DNA of 63,926 nt, counting the filler, from Nitrospirota bacterium (lineage in GTDB: Bacteria; UBA2233), in the NCBI GenBank assembly GCA_011620345.1. It is 8 parts of 8 records of this genome, joined end to end, with 100 filler letters (N's around TTAATTAATTAA, not from the genome) between each part and the next. Parts side by side here need not be neighbours in the genome. Positions count along the whole stretch, not along the records: positions 1 to 9,017 come from WOZJ01000051.1; positions 9,118 to 17,727 come from WOZJ01000028.1; 6 more parts are not named here. One strand, written 5' to 3'. The notes under the pieces are model-generated. The model was not told the origin of the DNA, did no database searches, and worked only from the letters and a program-made list of their open reading frames with translations. Shown here piece by piece: positions 1 through 9,387 of the stretch (position 1 is the first letter of the stretch; each line of letters begins with the position of its first letter). Position numbers and translations under genes: made by a program.

Positions 1-98
1 GATTCGTGTTTGCAATGGCGTGGCGATGAGCGCCATGGGCTTCGTCGTTATAACCGAGATGCAACGCCAAATCGGTTCATCTAAGAGGGTAAGAAGCC

Positions 99-1358
99 TT
101 ACAACAAAAGCAGACTCAAAGAGGGCACGACGACGATCAGCGACAACGCCAAAAGTAGCAATACCTGGAAGGGAATGGAAAGCACGTAAACGGTGGCGAT
201 CGGCTGCTGGAACTTGTAGCTCGACAAAAACAGGTTAATGCCGATGGGCGGGGTCAGGTAGCCTACCTCCATGCAGGTTAAAAACACGATGCCCAAATGG
301 ACGGGGTGGACATGGAAGGCCTGGGCGATCGGGACGATCAAAGGCACGACGACGACTATGGCCGAGAAGATGTCCAAAAGGCACCCCACGATAAGCAAGA
401 AGAGTACAAGCGCAAAAAGGAACGACGTCTGAGAAGCAAGGTAACCTTGGCTGAAGGCAAGTAGCCTTTGTGGGTACATCTCGTACACGAAGAAGTTCGT
501 AAGCCCAAGGGCCAGCCCAAGGATCACAAAAAGCGCGCCCGTGATGACCATGGCGTCCACAATGACCCCCCAAAGCCTCCTTACGGGAACCTCCCTATAG
601 AGGAATACCTCGGCCACGATGGCGTAGGCGGCCGTGATGACGGCGGCCTCGAGCACCGTGACAAATCCCCCGTATATCCCGCCAAGCACGAGAAACGGCA
701 AAGGGAGCTCGTAGCGGGCTTCGATCAGGGCTTGGCGGATCACGGACACATTCGGCTTTTGCGTCGGGATTCCTTGCTTGATGGCCACGAACATGCTGTA
801 GAGCGCCAGGATGACGACTAAAAGGATGCCTGGGATGACGCCGGCCTTGAACAGCTCTGTCACGTCCGTTTGGGAGATCAACCCGTAGACGATGATCGGC
901 AGGCTAGGGGCGAACAAAAGCCCTAGGCTGCCGGATGTGGTAACGAGCCCTAGGGCGAACCTTTCGGAGTAGCCCTCCTTTATGAGTGCTGGGTACAAAA
1001 GCCCGCCCACGGCCAGGATGGTCGCCCCGGATGCGCCCGTGAACGCCGTAAAAATGGCGCAGGAAACGAGCGTAACGATTGCAAGCCCTCCAGGCAAAAA
1101 CCCAAACAGTGCGTTCGAAACCTCTACCAGTCGCCTTGGCATGCCGGATTCGGCAAGCAGAGAGCCCGCAAAGATGAATAAGGGCAGCGTGGCCAAGACT
1201 GGCGCCTGGGCGAGCCTGTAGACCTCTTGGATCAGGATGGCCCCGTCGAGCCCTGAAACCAAAGTCAGGCATAGGTAGGCGACACCACCGAGAATCAGGT
1301 AAAGGGGCAGGCCAAAAAGACCGGCGCCTAAGATGAGACTAACAAGAGGGGTGAGCAT
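99..1358 (-). CDS. dctM: TRAP transporter large permease subunit
   Basis: Highly hydrophobic ~420 aa with DctM motifs (PLFIFAGSLL, GSLGLLFAPS, EVGYLTPPIGINLF); last gene of a T-P-Q-M operon; start may be 1370. Confidence 0.93.
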   Translation of the reverse strand: MLTPLVSLILGAGLFGLPLYLILGGVAYLCLTLVSGLDGAILIQEVYRLAQAPVLATLPLFIFAGSLLAESGMPRRLVEVSNALFGFLPGGLAIVTLVSCAIFTAFTGASGATILAVGGLLYPALIKEGYSERFALGLVTTSGSLGLLFAPSLPIIVYGLISQTDVTELFKAGVIPGILLVVILALYSMFVAIKQGIPTQKPNVSVIRQALIEARYELPLPFLVLGGIYGGFVTVLEAAVITAAYAIVAEVFLYREVPVRRLWGVIVDAMVITGALFVILGLALGLTNFFVYEMYPQRLLAFSQGYLASQTSFLFALVLFLLIVGCLLDIFSAIVVVVPLIVPIAQAFHVHPVHLGIVFLTCMEVGYLTPPIGINLFLSSYKFQQPIATVYVLSIPFQVLLLLALSLIVVVPSLSLLLL

Positions 1359-1869
1359 GGGGCATGGCATCTCTAGCTTCGGTTACGGGGATAAAAACGC
1401 TTAACAGGTACCGAAGTGTGCTCGTAAAAAAGAACATGAAGATCGCGAACGTCAGCACCCAGTAAGGAAGAGCAAGCGAGAACGAAAACTCGCCCGAAAC
1501 CCATTCCATCCGAAGAAACCGGAAGGCGGCCCAAAGAAGCGCAAGGCTGATCAGGAAGGAAAGAAGGTCCATTAGCCTCCTGAAAGCGCGCCAAAAGTGC
1601 CCGGGCACGGCGCTCGAGAAGACATCTACCGTAATGTGTCGCCTTGTGTATGTAGCCAGGCTTGCCCCTAAAAACCCAACCCATAAAACCCCATGCCGGA
1701 TAGCCTCGTCGGCGAACCCAAGCCCCGTGCCGAAGAGGTTGCGAAGGATAACTTGTGCAGCCCCCAGCCCCAACACCCAGACAAAAAACAGCACAACGAG
1801 CGCCTCTTCGAACCTGGCCAATATCGCCGAAAACCTAGGGGCTAGCGGTGGGGGCACCTTGTTCGGCAT
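1339..1869 (-). CDS. dctQ: TRAP transporter small permease subunit
   Basis: 176 aa, four predicted TM segments, QVILRNLF...DEAIR...LWVGFLGA...HITVD pattern; lies between dctP and dctM. Confidence 0.9.
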   Translation of the reverse strand: MPNKVPPPLAPRFSAILARFEEALVVLFFVWVLGLGAAQVILRNLFGTGLGFADEAIRHGVLWVGFLGASLATYTRRHITVDVFSSAVPGHFWRAFRRLMDLLSFLISLALLWAAFRFLRMEWVSGEFSFSLALPYWVLTFAIFMFFFTSTLRYLLSVFIPVTEARDAMPHAHPSC

Positions 1870-2915
1870 TACCGGGAAAGGCCTTGAGGTAGGGGTTTTC
1901 CTAACATTTTCAACAGCTCGACGAGCAAGCTTTTTGGGTACTGCCTGCCTGCCATCCGGACATAGAGGGCATCGAAGCGGCGCTTGAGCTCGGTCTTGAC
2001 ATCGTCAGAAAGCGGGACGCGTTCGATCCCCCTGCCAGGAAAAGCCTCGAGGAGCTTTGCGTTGTCCTGCCTGGCCACGAGCGCGATCTTCCTTGCGTAG
2101 GTTTGGAACGCCTTCGCAACCGGCCCTTGGTAGGCTTCTGGAATCGCATCGAATGCACCCTTTTCCATCACGAGAGCGGCCGAGCCGTATACAATTGGGT
2201 AATCCACCATCGAGCCGACGTGCGGCTGCCACTGAAGCGCCACGGCGGCAAGCGGGGTGTTGTAAAAGGCATCGATAAGCCTCGTCTGGAGCGCCGTGAG
2301 CACCTCGGGTACGGCAATCGGCACGGGCGTGACGACTCCTATCGACTTGAACACCTCCATGGCATAATCATCGCCCGCCCAGACCCAGACCCGCACGCCT
2401 TTTAGGTCCTCGAACCTCCTGACGGGCTTTTTAGAGAACAGGTACACGAACCCGTTCTCCGCCCACCCCATCAGCTTGAAGCCTTGCTTTTCAAATTCCG
2501 GGGCGAAAAAAGAGGGGGTTAGCGTGCCTAGCGCCTTGTCTACCTCGGCTTCGTCCTGGAACATGAGCGGAAGCTCTAGGATGCGCTCAGCGGGCAGAAT
2601 TTTGCCTAGCCCCATCCCTGTAAGCCCGGCACACTGGAGCTGCTTGAGGCGCATCTTACGGACCATATCGGCATCGTCTCCCATAATACCGCCCGCGTAG
2701 AGGACGAGCTCCACCTGACCGTCGGTCTTTTGGGCAATCTCTTTCCTTAGCTCTTCGGCCACGTTCATCCAGCTCGAGCCCGCCGGCGCGAGCGAGGCAA
2801 ACCGAAGCGTCGTTTTGGCAAGCGCCTTGGCTCCAGTTCCGAGCATGAACCCGGAAAACAAAAGGAAAGCCACGAGCCGGGCGGTTCTCTTGGGGCGCAA
2901 TGCATTCATACCCAT
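1869..2915 (-). CDS. dctP: TRAP substrate-binding protein DctP (TPAT P component)
   Basis: Signal peptide then LRFASLAPAGSSW...GGIMGDDADMVRKMR; start chosen at MGMNA after a purine-rich RBS. Confidence 0.9.
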   Translation of the reverse strand: MGMNALRPKRTARLVAFLLFSGFMLGTGAKALAKTTLRFASLAPAGSSWMNVAEELRKEIAQKTDGQVELVLYAGGIMGDDADMVRKMRLKQLQCAGLTGMGLGKILPAERILELPLMFQDEAEVDKALGTLTPSFFAPEFEKQGFKLMGWAENGFVYLFSKKPVRRFEDLKGVRVWVWAGDDYAMEVFKSIGVVTPVPIAVPEVLTALQTRLIDAFYNTPLAAVALQWQPHVGSMVDYPIVYGSAALVMEKGAFDAIPEAYQGPVAKAFQTYARKIALVARQDNAKLLEAFPGRGIERVPLSDDVKTELKRRFDALYVRMAGRQYPKSLLVELLKMLGKPLPQGLSR

Positions 2916-2931
2916 ATCCCTTTCCCCTTCT

Positions 2932-3804
2932 TTAGAAGTAGTCTTTTTTATGCGCAAGCATCCAGTCGGCCTTTTGCTTTGCCAGGTCGTTCACGAGCCG
3001 CGCTTCGGGAAGGATGTCTGGGTCGGCCCTGAGAACGCGCTGGAGCACCCTATCGAAGGCATCTTCTTTCTTGAATAAAGTCAGATAGTACCTTGCGTAG
3101 AACACGTCTACCAGAAGAAATTTGCCATTTGTCACATCCCGGGCAGCACGAAACTCCTGAATAGCCTTTTTAGGGCCTCCGCCTAAGAGCTCCGGCAAGG
3201 AAGCGTATAACGCGGCATAGAACAAATGACTCAGGCCGTAGAAATACTTGCCGTCAATTTGTTGGGACCTTTGAATGAGGGCTATCACGTAGGGCATGTC
3301 CATCAAGGCTACGGCATCGGCCTTTTTTAAATTGAGAAGCTGTCCCCAGGCAACCCCAGTCCAGGTGAGCGCCCCTAGGTACTCGGGCCCAACTTGAGGG
3401 GCGGCCTCCAGGATACGGTTTGGCCCCTTTGCCTTCTTGAACGGCTTAGAGTTCTCGAGCGCCTGAAGCCCGCGGTCACGGCCGATCCTGTAAAACTCCT
3501 CTGCATAGGCGGGGTTCTGATCTTCGACAAACAGGGCGTAAGAGGTGTAAGCCTGGGCACAGAGCGTAAGCAAGCGGGTGTCTTTTGGGGCAAACTGGGC
3601 CAGCGCGTCTACCAACATGAGCAGGCCAGGAAGCCCCTCCTCGGTCAGTTTGGCGCTGCTTGTCTGCATGAGTTTATCGACCGTATCGACAAGAATAGGG
3701 CCGGAGGCCTTGACCCCCTGGCGCTCCATGGTGGCACAGCCGAAAGGAAAGATCGAAACGAGTAAGCCCAGCAGAACAGGTAATAAAAAGCGCCGACTCC
3801 GCAT
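2932..3804 (-). CDS. tatT: TRAP-associated TPR lipoprotein TatT (TPAT T component)
   Basis: Lipobox-like PFG-C, helical repeats, C-terminal LLGGGPKKA...FLLVDVFYARYY...NDLAKQKA pattern; directly upstream of dctPQM. Confidence 0.85.
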   Translation of the reverse strand: MRSRRFLLPVLLGLLVSIFPFGCATMERQGVKASGPILVDTVDKLMQTSSAKLTEEGLPGLLMLVDALAQFAPKDTRLLTLCAQAYTSYALFVEDQNPAYAEEFYRIGRDRGLQALENSKPFKKAKGPNRILEAAPQVGPEYLGALTWTGVAWGQLLNLKKADAVALMDMPYVIALIQRSQQIDGKYFYGLSHLFYAALYASLPELLGGGPKKAIQEFRAARDVTNGKFLLVDVFYARYYLTLFKKEDAFDRVLQRVLRADPDILPEARLVNDLAKQKADWMLAHKKDYF

Positions 3805-4011
3805 CTTTCCCTCCTTGATTTTAGACTCCAGACCCCTTTGTTGTAAGCCCAGATTCTCTGGCGAGGTCGTGTGCTAGTCTGAACCCGAACGCCATGACAC
3901 TTATCATCCCATCCTTAAAACTCTCCGTATCCGTGCGATTGAGATTATACCAAAGAAGGAACCTTTTATTGCCCATCCGAACCACACGCATCGAAGATGT
4001 GTCCGAGACCA

Positions 4012-4200
4012 TTACGCCATCATCCCCCCTTGAACGTAGAGCTTGCGGAACATCTCGTATGGCCTGGAGCTGAAATCTTCTTGGGTGAGACTTGGCCCCA
4101 TTTAGAGGACCGCGACGTCCATCCCTCGGCAAGCAAGCCGGTAGGCCACAGAGGCTCCGCCCGTCCCCCAAGCCTATAACGAGAACCTCCGGGGTTGAAC
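4012..4200 (-). pseudogene. N-terminal remnant of a GMC-family FAD oxidoreductase
   Basis: Manual translation gives PEVLVIGLG, then one extra G in the 4165-4169 run, then TGGASVAYRLACRGMDVAVL*MGPSLTQEDFSSRPYEMFRKLYVQGGMMA*: a Rossmann GxGxxG with a stop (4102-4104) where Glu is expected. Confidence 0.7.
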
Positions 4201-4246
4201 ACGAACAGGCCCAAGGAACAGCCCTAGCCCTACCATGAAGGCCCTT

Positions 4247-4282
4247 AAAAACTAAAGCAAGGAAAGCGTCTCCTTGCTTTAG
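4247..4282 (-). terminator. Intrinsic terminator-like hairpin
   Basis: Perfect 12-bp stem CTAAAGCAAGGA/TCCTTGCTTTAG (4252-4282), 7-nt loop, followed by TTTTT on the minus strand. Confidence 0.65.
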
Positions 4283-4553
4283 ATGGGTGAAAAACTTCGT
4301 TTCGTTCGTTCTATATCGAGCTCAGGTCAGAGCTCGGCCGGTACCGCATTCAATAGGTAGGCTTCAAAAAAGGCTTCCGTCGTACTCCTTACTTTTAGAG
4401 CTTGTTTATAGCATAGAAGTAGGTTATTATCAAAAACGTGGTTGGTCATGAAGCACTCATGCTAAAGGGTCACCAAACAGAAGAATCTCCTCTTTAATCT
4501 TTAATCTTTAATTATTTATTCTCTTTCGATAAAAAGTTTATGGGGTAAAATAA

Positions 4554-4990
4554 TTGAGAATCAAAATAACCTTGGTTTTATGCAGCATACTGTTTTTCTT
4601 GTATGCCCTTGGTGGTTTTACGTTTGCCCTGGCGACTAAGACCACCATATCCTTGGTTAACCATATTGGTGAGGGTATTTTTGGCCTAAAGCCCTCCCCA
4701 TTGCCAGAAAGCGCCTTCTTTAGCCCCCTTGCAGCCGGAATGATGGCCACGATCCTTCTTGCATGGCCGAGAGTCCCCCGGAAACTCTCCTCAAGATTCT
4801 CGTCCCTGTACTCGGGGCTCGCTTGCCCCAGCTTGGGTTTATCCGGCTATACCACGAAGGCGCCTGGTTTTCCAAAGGGCTGGCCGCTGTCGAGACCCAC
4901 AGGCCAGAGGGCATAAAAGTTCCCTTGCACGCCTACGCCTTTATAAAAAAGCGCTACAAGGAGCTCAAAACCAACATGCGTACCACGTAA
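4554..4990 (+). pseudogene. Possible frameshifted small membrane protein
   Basis: ORF 4554 has hydrophobic segments up to GMMATILLA and overlapping ORF 4763-4990 continues with LLKILVPVLGA, ending just upstream of the ALDH RBS. Confidence 0.3.
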
Positions 4991-5006
4991 AAAAGGGAGG
5001 TTAGAG

Positions 5007-6524
5007 ATGGCCAGCGATCCAGATTACGGAATGTTCATCAACGGCGAGACTATTTCATCGGCCTCCGGAGAGGTATTTCAACTGACCGACCCCTCTACGG
5101 GCGAGCCGTTCACCACGGTCGCCAAAGGCAGTCCAGACGACATCGACAGGGCCGTACGCATAGCCCGCGAGGCCTTTGAATCCGGGGTGTGGAGCGAAAA
5201 GAGCCCCAAGGAGCGGGCGGCAATCATGCGGGCGATTGCGGCCAAATTCCTCGAGCGAGCCGAGCAGTTTGCCTTGGCCGAGGTTCAGAGCTCAGGCACG
5301 ACGATTAGGCGTTTCCTGAACGTAGACGTCGTTTTGGTAATGGATTTATTCCTTCGGATGGCCGAGATGCTCGAAGAGTTTCCGCACAAAGAGGTGCTCG
5401 ATGCCATCCCCATTCCAGGCCCATCGCACGATTTTGTCATCCGCGAGCCCATAGGCGTCTGCGGGATGATCACGCCCTGGAACTTCCCCTTGATTCTCGC
5501 AAGCTGGAAGGTGGCCCCCGCCCTGGCCATGGGAAACACGATGGTTATCAAACCGGCGAGCTACACGCCTCTGTCCACGCTCCTTTTGGCCGAGGTTTGC
5601 ACCGAAGCGGGCGTACCGCCGGGCGTAATCAACGTCGTTCCGGGGCCTGGCGGCGTCACCGGCGAATCGCTCGTCACACACCCAGAAGTAGACAAAATTG
5701 CCTTCACGGGCTCGACCGTCGTGGGCAGACGGATCATGCAGCTTGCCGCGGGCACGATCAAAAAGGTCACGCTCGAGCTTGGCGGCAAGTCGCCCAACAT
5801 TATTCTGGACGATGCCAACCTGGACGTTGCCGTGCCAGGGTCGCTGTTTGCCTTCTTAATGCACAACGGTCAGGTCTGCGAATCCGGAACGAGGCTCTTG
5901 GTTCCAAAGGGCCTTCATAACGAGATCCTCGAGAGAATGTGCGCCATCGCCAAGAATTTGAAGGTTGGAAGCCCGTTGGATCCAACGTCCGACATGGGCC
6001 CGATCGTATCCAAATCCCAGCTCGAGACGATCCTAAGCTACGTCGATGCGGGCAAGCAAGAAGGCGCAAGGCTCGTCATCGGCGGGAACCAGCTCCATCC
6101 CGAGGGCTACGAGGGCGGCTACTACATGGAACCCACGATATTCACGGACGTTAAAAACGACATGCGAATTGCCCAGGAAGAAATCTTCGGGCCCGTGCTT
6201 GTCGTGATCACGTACGAAGACTTGAATGATGCCTTAAGAATCGCCAACGACACGATTTACGGGCTTGCGGGTGGGGTATGGACCCAAGACCCCGAAAAAG
6301 CGCTCTACGTCGCAAGGAAGATCAAGGCGGGCACGGTATGGGTCAACGACTGGCATATTTTACGGAACGACGGTCCGTTCGGCGGCTACAAGCAGTCAGG
6401 CATCGGCAGGGAGTTGGGGCACTTCGGCCTGGAGGAGTACAGCGAAGTCAAGAGAATACATACGTCCATGGTGCCCGAGCGCGAAAAGCGGGCCCTTTAC
6501 GACCGCGTGTTGACGCTTCGATAG
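5007..6524 (+). CDS. NAD(P)-dependent aldehyde dehydrogenase
   Basis: ITPWNFP, FTGST, LELGGKSP, catalytic GQVC, EEIFGPV, PFGGYKQSGIGRE; RBS GGAGG. Confidence 0.96.
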   Translation: MASDPDYGMFINGETISSASGEVFQLTDPSTGEPFTTVAKGSPDDIDRAVRIAREAFESGVWSEKSPKERAAIMRAIAAKFLERAEQFALAEVQSSGTTIRRFLNVDVVLVMDLFLRMAEMLEEFPHKEVLDAIPIPGPSHDFVIREPIGVCGMITPWNFPLILASWKVAPALAMGNTMVIKPASYTPLSTLLLAEVCTEAGVPPGVINVVPGPGGVTGESLVTHPEVDKIAFTGSTVVGRRIMQLAAGTIKKVTLELGGKSPNIILDDANLDVAVPGSLFAFLMHNGQVCESGTRLLVPKGLHNEILERMCAIAKNLKVGSPLDPTSDMGPIVSKSQLETILSYVDAGKQEGARLVIGGNQLHPEGYEGGYYMEPTIFTDVKNDMRIAQEEIFGPVLVVITYEDLNDALRIANDTIYGLAGGVWTQDPEKALYVARKIKAGTVWVNDWHILRNDGPFGGYKQSGIGRELGHFGLEEYSEVKRIHTSMVPEREKRALYDRVLTLR

Positions 6525-6557
6525 ACCAAAGCTTAATTTCTACGAGGAGATGCAACG

Positions 6558-7751
6558 ATGCCGACGACGCTATCCCAGTTTTTCTTAAAAACGGCCGTTT
6601 ATCAGGGCCAGGGGGCGCTTGCGATGGTCCCAGACCTCTTGGCCGGCTTGGGCGCCAAAAAGGCCGTCCTGTTCTCGGATTCTGGGATTCAAAAGACCGG
6701 CCTTGTGGACAAACTAGCAAGGCTCTTTGATCTCCCCTCCAAGGGGGTAACGACCACGCTCGTGGGCGTGTTTACGGACATCCCTCAGGATGCCGAAAGC
6801 TCCAAGATTAACGAAGGGATCCGCTTTGTCCGTGAAAAGGGCGCGGATGCGCTCGTAGCGATCGGCGGGGGCAGCGTGCTCGATTTCACCAAAGGCGTAA
6901 AGTACGGGCTGTACAAAGGGGTGGAGGACATTTTGGATGTCATCCCGGGAAACTTCGCGTTCGTTCCCTGGCCAAAAGCGCAGCTCATCCCCATCCCGCA
7001 CCTGGCCATTCCCACGACTGCCGGGACAGGAGCGGAAGTCTCGCCGATCTGCGTCGTATACAACGAAAAGCAGCGGGTCAAGGCAAACCTCCTGCACCCG
7101 TTCGTCAACGCAGACATCGCGGTTTTAGACCCAGACGTAACGCTAGGCCTTCCAAAGTCGCTTACGGCCTCGACCGCGTTCGATGCGCTCACGCATGCCG
7201 TAGAGGCACTCTTTTCTCCTACGGCGTTCGCCTTTACAGACGGGTTCGCGCTGAGGGCGACCGAGCTTATCTTCCGCAACCTTCCCAAGGCCCTAGAAAA
7301 CCCGAAGGATGTCGAGGCCAGGAGCGAGCTTTTGGCCGCATCGGCCATGGGGATTACGGCCTTTACCTACGCGTTGTCGGCCATTCCGGTGCACAACCTT
7401 GCGCATGCGCTGGGCGCGCAGTACCGGATTCCTCACGGGCTTGCCAACGCGGTCCTTCTTACGCGAGTCATGGAAGCCATGCCGGAGTTCTACGAGAGGC
7501 GGGCCAGAGACCTGGCCAAGGTACTCGAGGTTCCGCTTGAAGGCGATGGCCGAAAGCTCCTTGAGGCCTCGATCGAGGCAATCAAGGGCTTAAGGTCCCG
7601 ATCCGGCCTGCCGGACACGTTCAAAGAGTTTCATATCCCGAGCTCCGAGCTGGACGCTGCCGTCATGGCAGTCATGAAAGACCCCTCCGGGGTGCTCTTT
7701 CCCATCCCGGAAGAGGCGATCCGGAACATCGTCTCATCGGTCATCGGTTGA
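6558..7751 (+). CDS. Iron-containing alcohol dehydrogenase
   Basis: GGGSVLD, PTTAGTGAE, DALTHAVE, HNLAH, PHG metal-binding motifs. Confidence 0.94.
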   Translation: MPTTLSQFFLKTAVYQGQGALAMVPDLLAGLGAKKAVLFSDSGIQKTGLVDKLARLFDLPSKGVTTTLVGVFTDIPQDAESSKINEGIRFVREKGADALVAIGGGSVLDFTKGVKYGLYKGVEDILDVIPGNFAFVPWPKAQLIPIPHLAIPTTAGTGAEVSPICVVYNEKQRVKANLLHPFVNADIAVLDPDVTLGLPKSLTASTAFDALTHAVEALFSPTAFAFTDGFALRATELIFRNLPKALENPKDVEARSELLAASAMGITAFTYALSAIPVHNLAHALGAQYRIPHGLANAVLLTRVMEAMPEFYERRARDLAKVLEVPLEGDGRKLLEASIEAIKGLRSRSGLPDTFKEFHIPSSELDAAVMAVMKDPSGVLFPIPEEAIRNIVSSVIG

Positions 7752-7773
7752 CACCAACAGGCAGGAGGGTTTC

Positions 7774-8775
7774 ATGGGCTGGCCAAAGGCCTTTATGCAA
7801 TGTTCGATCGCAGCGCTGTTCACGGTCTTGCTCTTCCAAACCTCTATGGCGGCCGAGCCGGCCGTGATCAAGATCGCCACGCTCGCCCCCGATGGGACGG
7901 CCTGGGCGGAGCTCGCCTCCAAGATCAAGCGCGACATCGAAAGCGCCACATCGGGGCGCGTGCGGGTAATTCTGTACCTTGGCGGCGTGATGGGCAACGA
8001 TAAGGACACGGTCCGCAAGCTCAGGCTGGGCCAGCTCCAAGGGGGAGGGTTCTCGGCTGAAGGAACCTTCCTGGCCTGCCCCGAGACGGGCGTCATGCAG
8101 CTGCCGTACCTGGTCGATTCCTACGAAAAGGCGGACAGGGCACGTGAGCTGATCCGTCCCGACCTTGATGCGGCCGCCCAAAAGAACGGCTTCAAGCTCC
8201 TTTGTTTTATCGAGCAGGGATACGATGCGCTCTACTCGAAGGACTTTCCCATCCGAAAGCTTGAAGACATGAAGAAGGTCCGCACGTACGCATGGTCCGG
8301 CCCAATCGAGGAAGAGATGCTCAAGGCCCTGGGAACAAGCCCGTTCGCCATCGGGGCGGCAGAGTCCGTGGCCGCACTGCGCTCCGGGATCGTCAACACC
8401 GCTCCTGCGCCCGCTCAGTGGGTCCTTGGCACGCAAGAATACACGTTCCTTAAATACATCAACCTGCACAACTGGCACTACATGCCTGCCGCGATCGTCT
8501 TGACCCAAAAGGCCTTCGCAAGCATTTCTTCGGAAGATCAACGGGCCGTTTTGGAGATCGGCAAACGCTACGAGCCCTTGTTCGTCAAAGAGGCTAGGGA
8601 ATCCGAAAGGAAGTGCTACGAGGCCTTCCAAGAGTACGGAATGCAGATGGTTACGCTCAACCCCCAAGAAGAAGCCCTCTTTAGGAAAAAAACCCGCCCG
8701 GTATGGGACAAGCTTGTGGGAAGGTATTATTCCAAAGAAATGCTAAAGAAAATCGAATTTCTCGGAGCCCGCTAG
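7774..8775 (+). CDS. dctP: Second TRAP substrate-binding protein (DctP family)
   Basis: Signal peptide, IKIATLAPDGTAW...GGVMGNDKDTVRKLRLGQL; paralog of 1869-2915. Confidence 0.9.
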   Translation: MGWPKAFMQCSIAALFTVLLFQTSMAAEPAVIKIATLAPDGTAWAELASKIKRDIESATSGRVRVILYLGGVMGNDKDTVRKLRLGQLQGGGFSAEGTFLACPETGVMQLPYLVDSYEKADRARELIRPDLDAAAQKNGFKLLCFIEQGYDALYSKDFPIRKLEDMKKVRTYAWSGPIEEEMLKALGTSPFAIGAAESVAALRSGIVNTAPAPAQWVLGTQEYTFLKYINLHNWHYMPAAIVLTQKAFASISSEDQRAVLEIGKRYEPLFVKEARESERKCYEAFQEYGMQMVTLNPQEEALFRKKTRPVWDKLVGRYYSKEMLKKIEFLGAR

Positions 8776-8811
8776 CTGGTCAGCTAACAGGGTTAAAGGG
8801 CGCAAACCAAA

Positions 8812-8860
8812 AAAGCCCAAGGGCTGGCATGGCGCGGCAACGTCCTAGCCTTTGGGCTTT
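8812..8860. terminator. Hairpin between convergent genes
   Basis: AAAGCCCAAGGGCT (8812-8825) and AGCCTTTGGGCTTT (8847-8860) form an inverted repeat with one G-T pair. Confidence 0.5.
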
Positions 8861-9017
8861 GGAGGGGCAAGCGCGGGGGCGTAGGCCTTTTTGTAGACCA
8901 TGACGGCCCGCTGGAACCGGATAACGACCGTCCCGTCATGCTTGTAGCCGGTCGTTTTAACACGGATGATTCCCATGTGCGGCCTGGATTTGGACTCGCG
9001 CTTTTCGAGCACCTCCG
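8845..9017 (-). CDS. MaoC-family dehydratase, C-terminal fragment truncated by contig end
   Basis: Not in the ORF track; manual translation EVLEKRESKSRPHMGIIRVKTTGYKHDGTVVIRFQRAVMVYKK...PKG* matches a hot-dog fold C-terminus. Confidence 0.8.
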
Positions 9018-9117
9018 NNNNNNNNNNNNNNNNNNNNNNNNNNNNNNNNNNNNNNNNNNNNTTAATTAATTAANNNNNNNNNNNNNNNNNNNNNNNNNNN
9101 NNNNNNNNNNNNNNNNN
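9018..9117. other. Artificial contig-joining linker
   Basis: 100 nt of N containing TTAATTAATTAA; identical linkers at 17728-17827, 26364-26463, 34980-35079, 43571-43670, 51535-51634 and 59390-59489. Confidence 0.99.
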
Positions 9118-9147
9118 CTAACATCCATCCTGCCATTCTTACCGCCC

Positions 9148-9177
9148 TTGACAAAGGGAAATGCCGCGTGGTATACA
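9148..9177 (+). promoter_or_regulatory. Putative sigma70 promoter of the ehr/hyf-like operon
   Basis: TTGACA, 18-bp spacer, TATACA with TG two bases upstream; about 210 nt before the first gene. Confidence 0.45.
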
Positions 9178-9387
9178 TAATGCCCGGTTCGATCGCGCCG
9201 AAAGCCTTGGATGGCGCTGGCGTATCGCTTCTCATTCCCCATTGTTTCACGTGCCAGAAAGGTCATGGTGGAAAGAACCTGCAGGCAGAGCGTCCTAAGG
9301 CGCGCCGCCGAACAACCCGCCCCTTGCTTGCCCAAACCGATCGGTCTGCGCCGACGCGTTTTTGGCTCCCAATAGCTGGACCCGTTG

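Noticed and set aside
3821-4171. 116-aa ORF upstream of tatT
   Set aside because: Its first part is the out-of-frame product of the frameshifted GMC remnant and the rest has no recognisable features
8826-8845. GGCATGGCGCGGCAACG as a group II intron 5' fragment
   Set aside because: It lies inside a hairpin between convergent genes with no GTGCG start or further intron structure
9018-9117. TTAATTAATTAA palindrome recurring about every 8 kb
   Set aside because: Embedded in N runs of identical length; an artificial all-frame stop linker, so adjacency across it is meaningless
9205-9330. Possible fluoride (crcB) riboswitch in the long leader of the hyf-like operon
   Set aside because: GGCGCTGGCGTATCGC only loosely resembles the 5' consensus and the conserved 3' GCUGAUGAC-type segment is not visible
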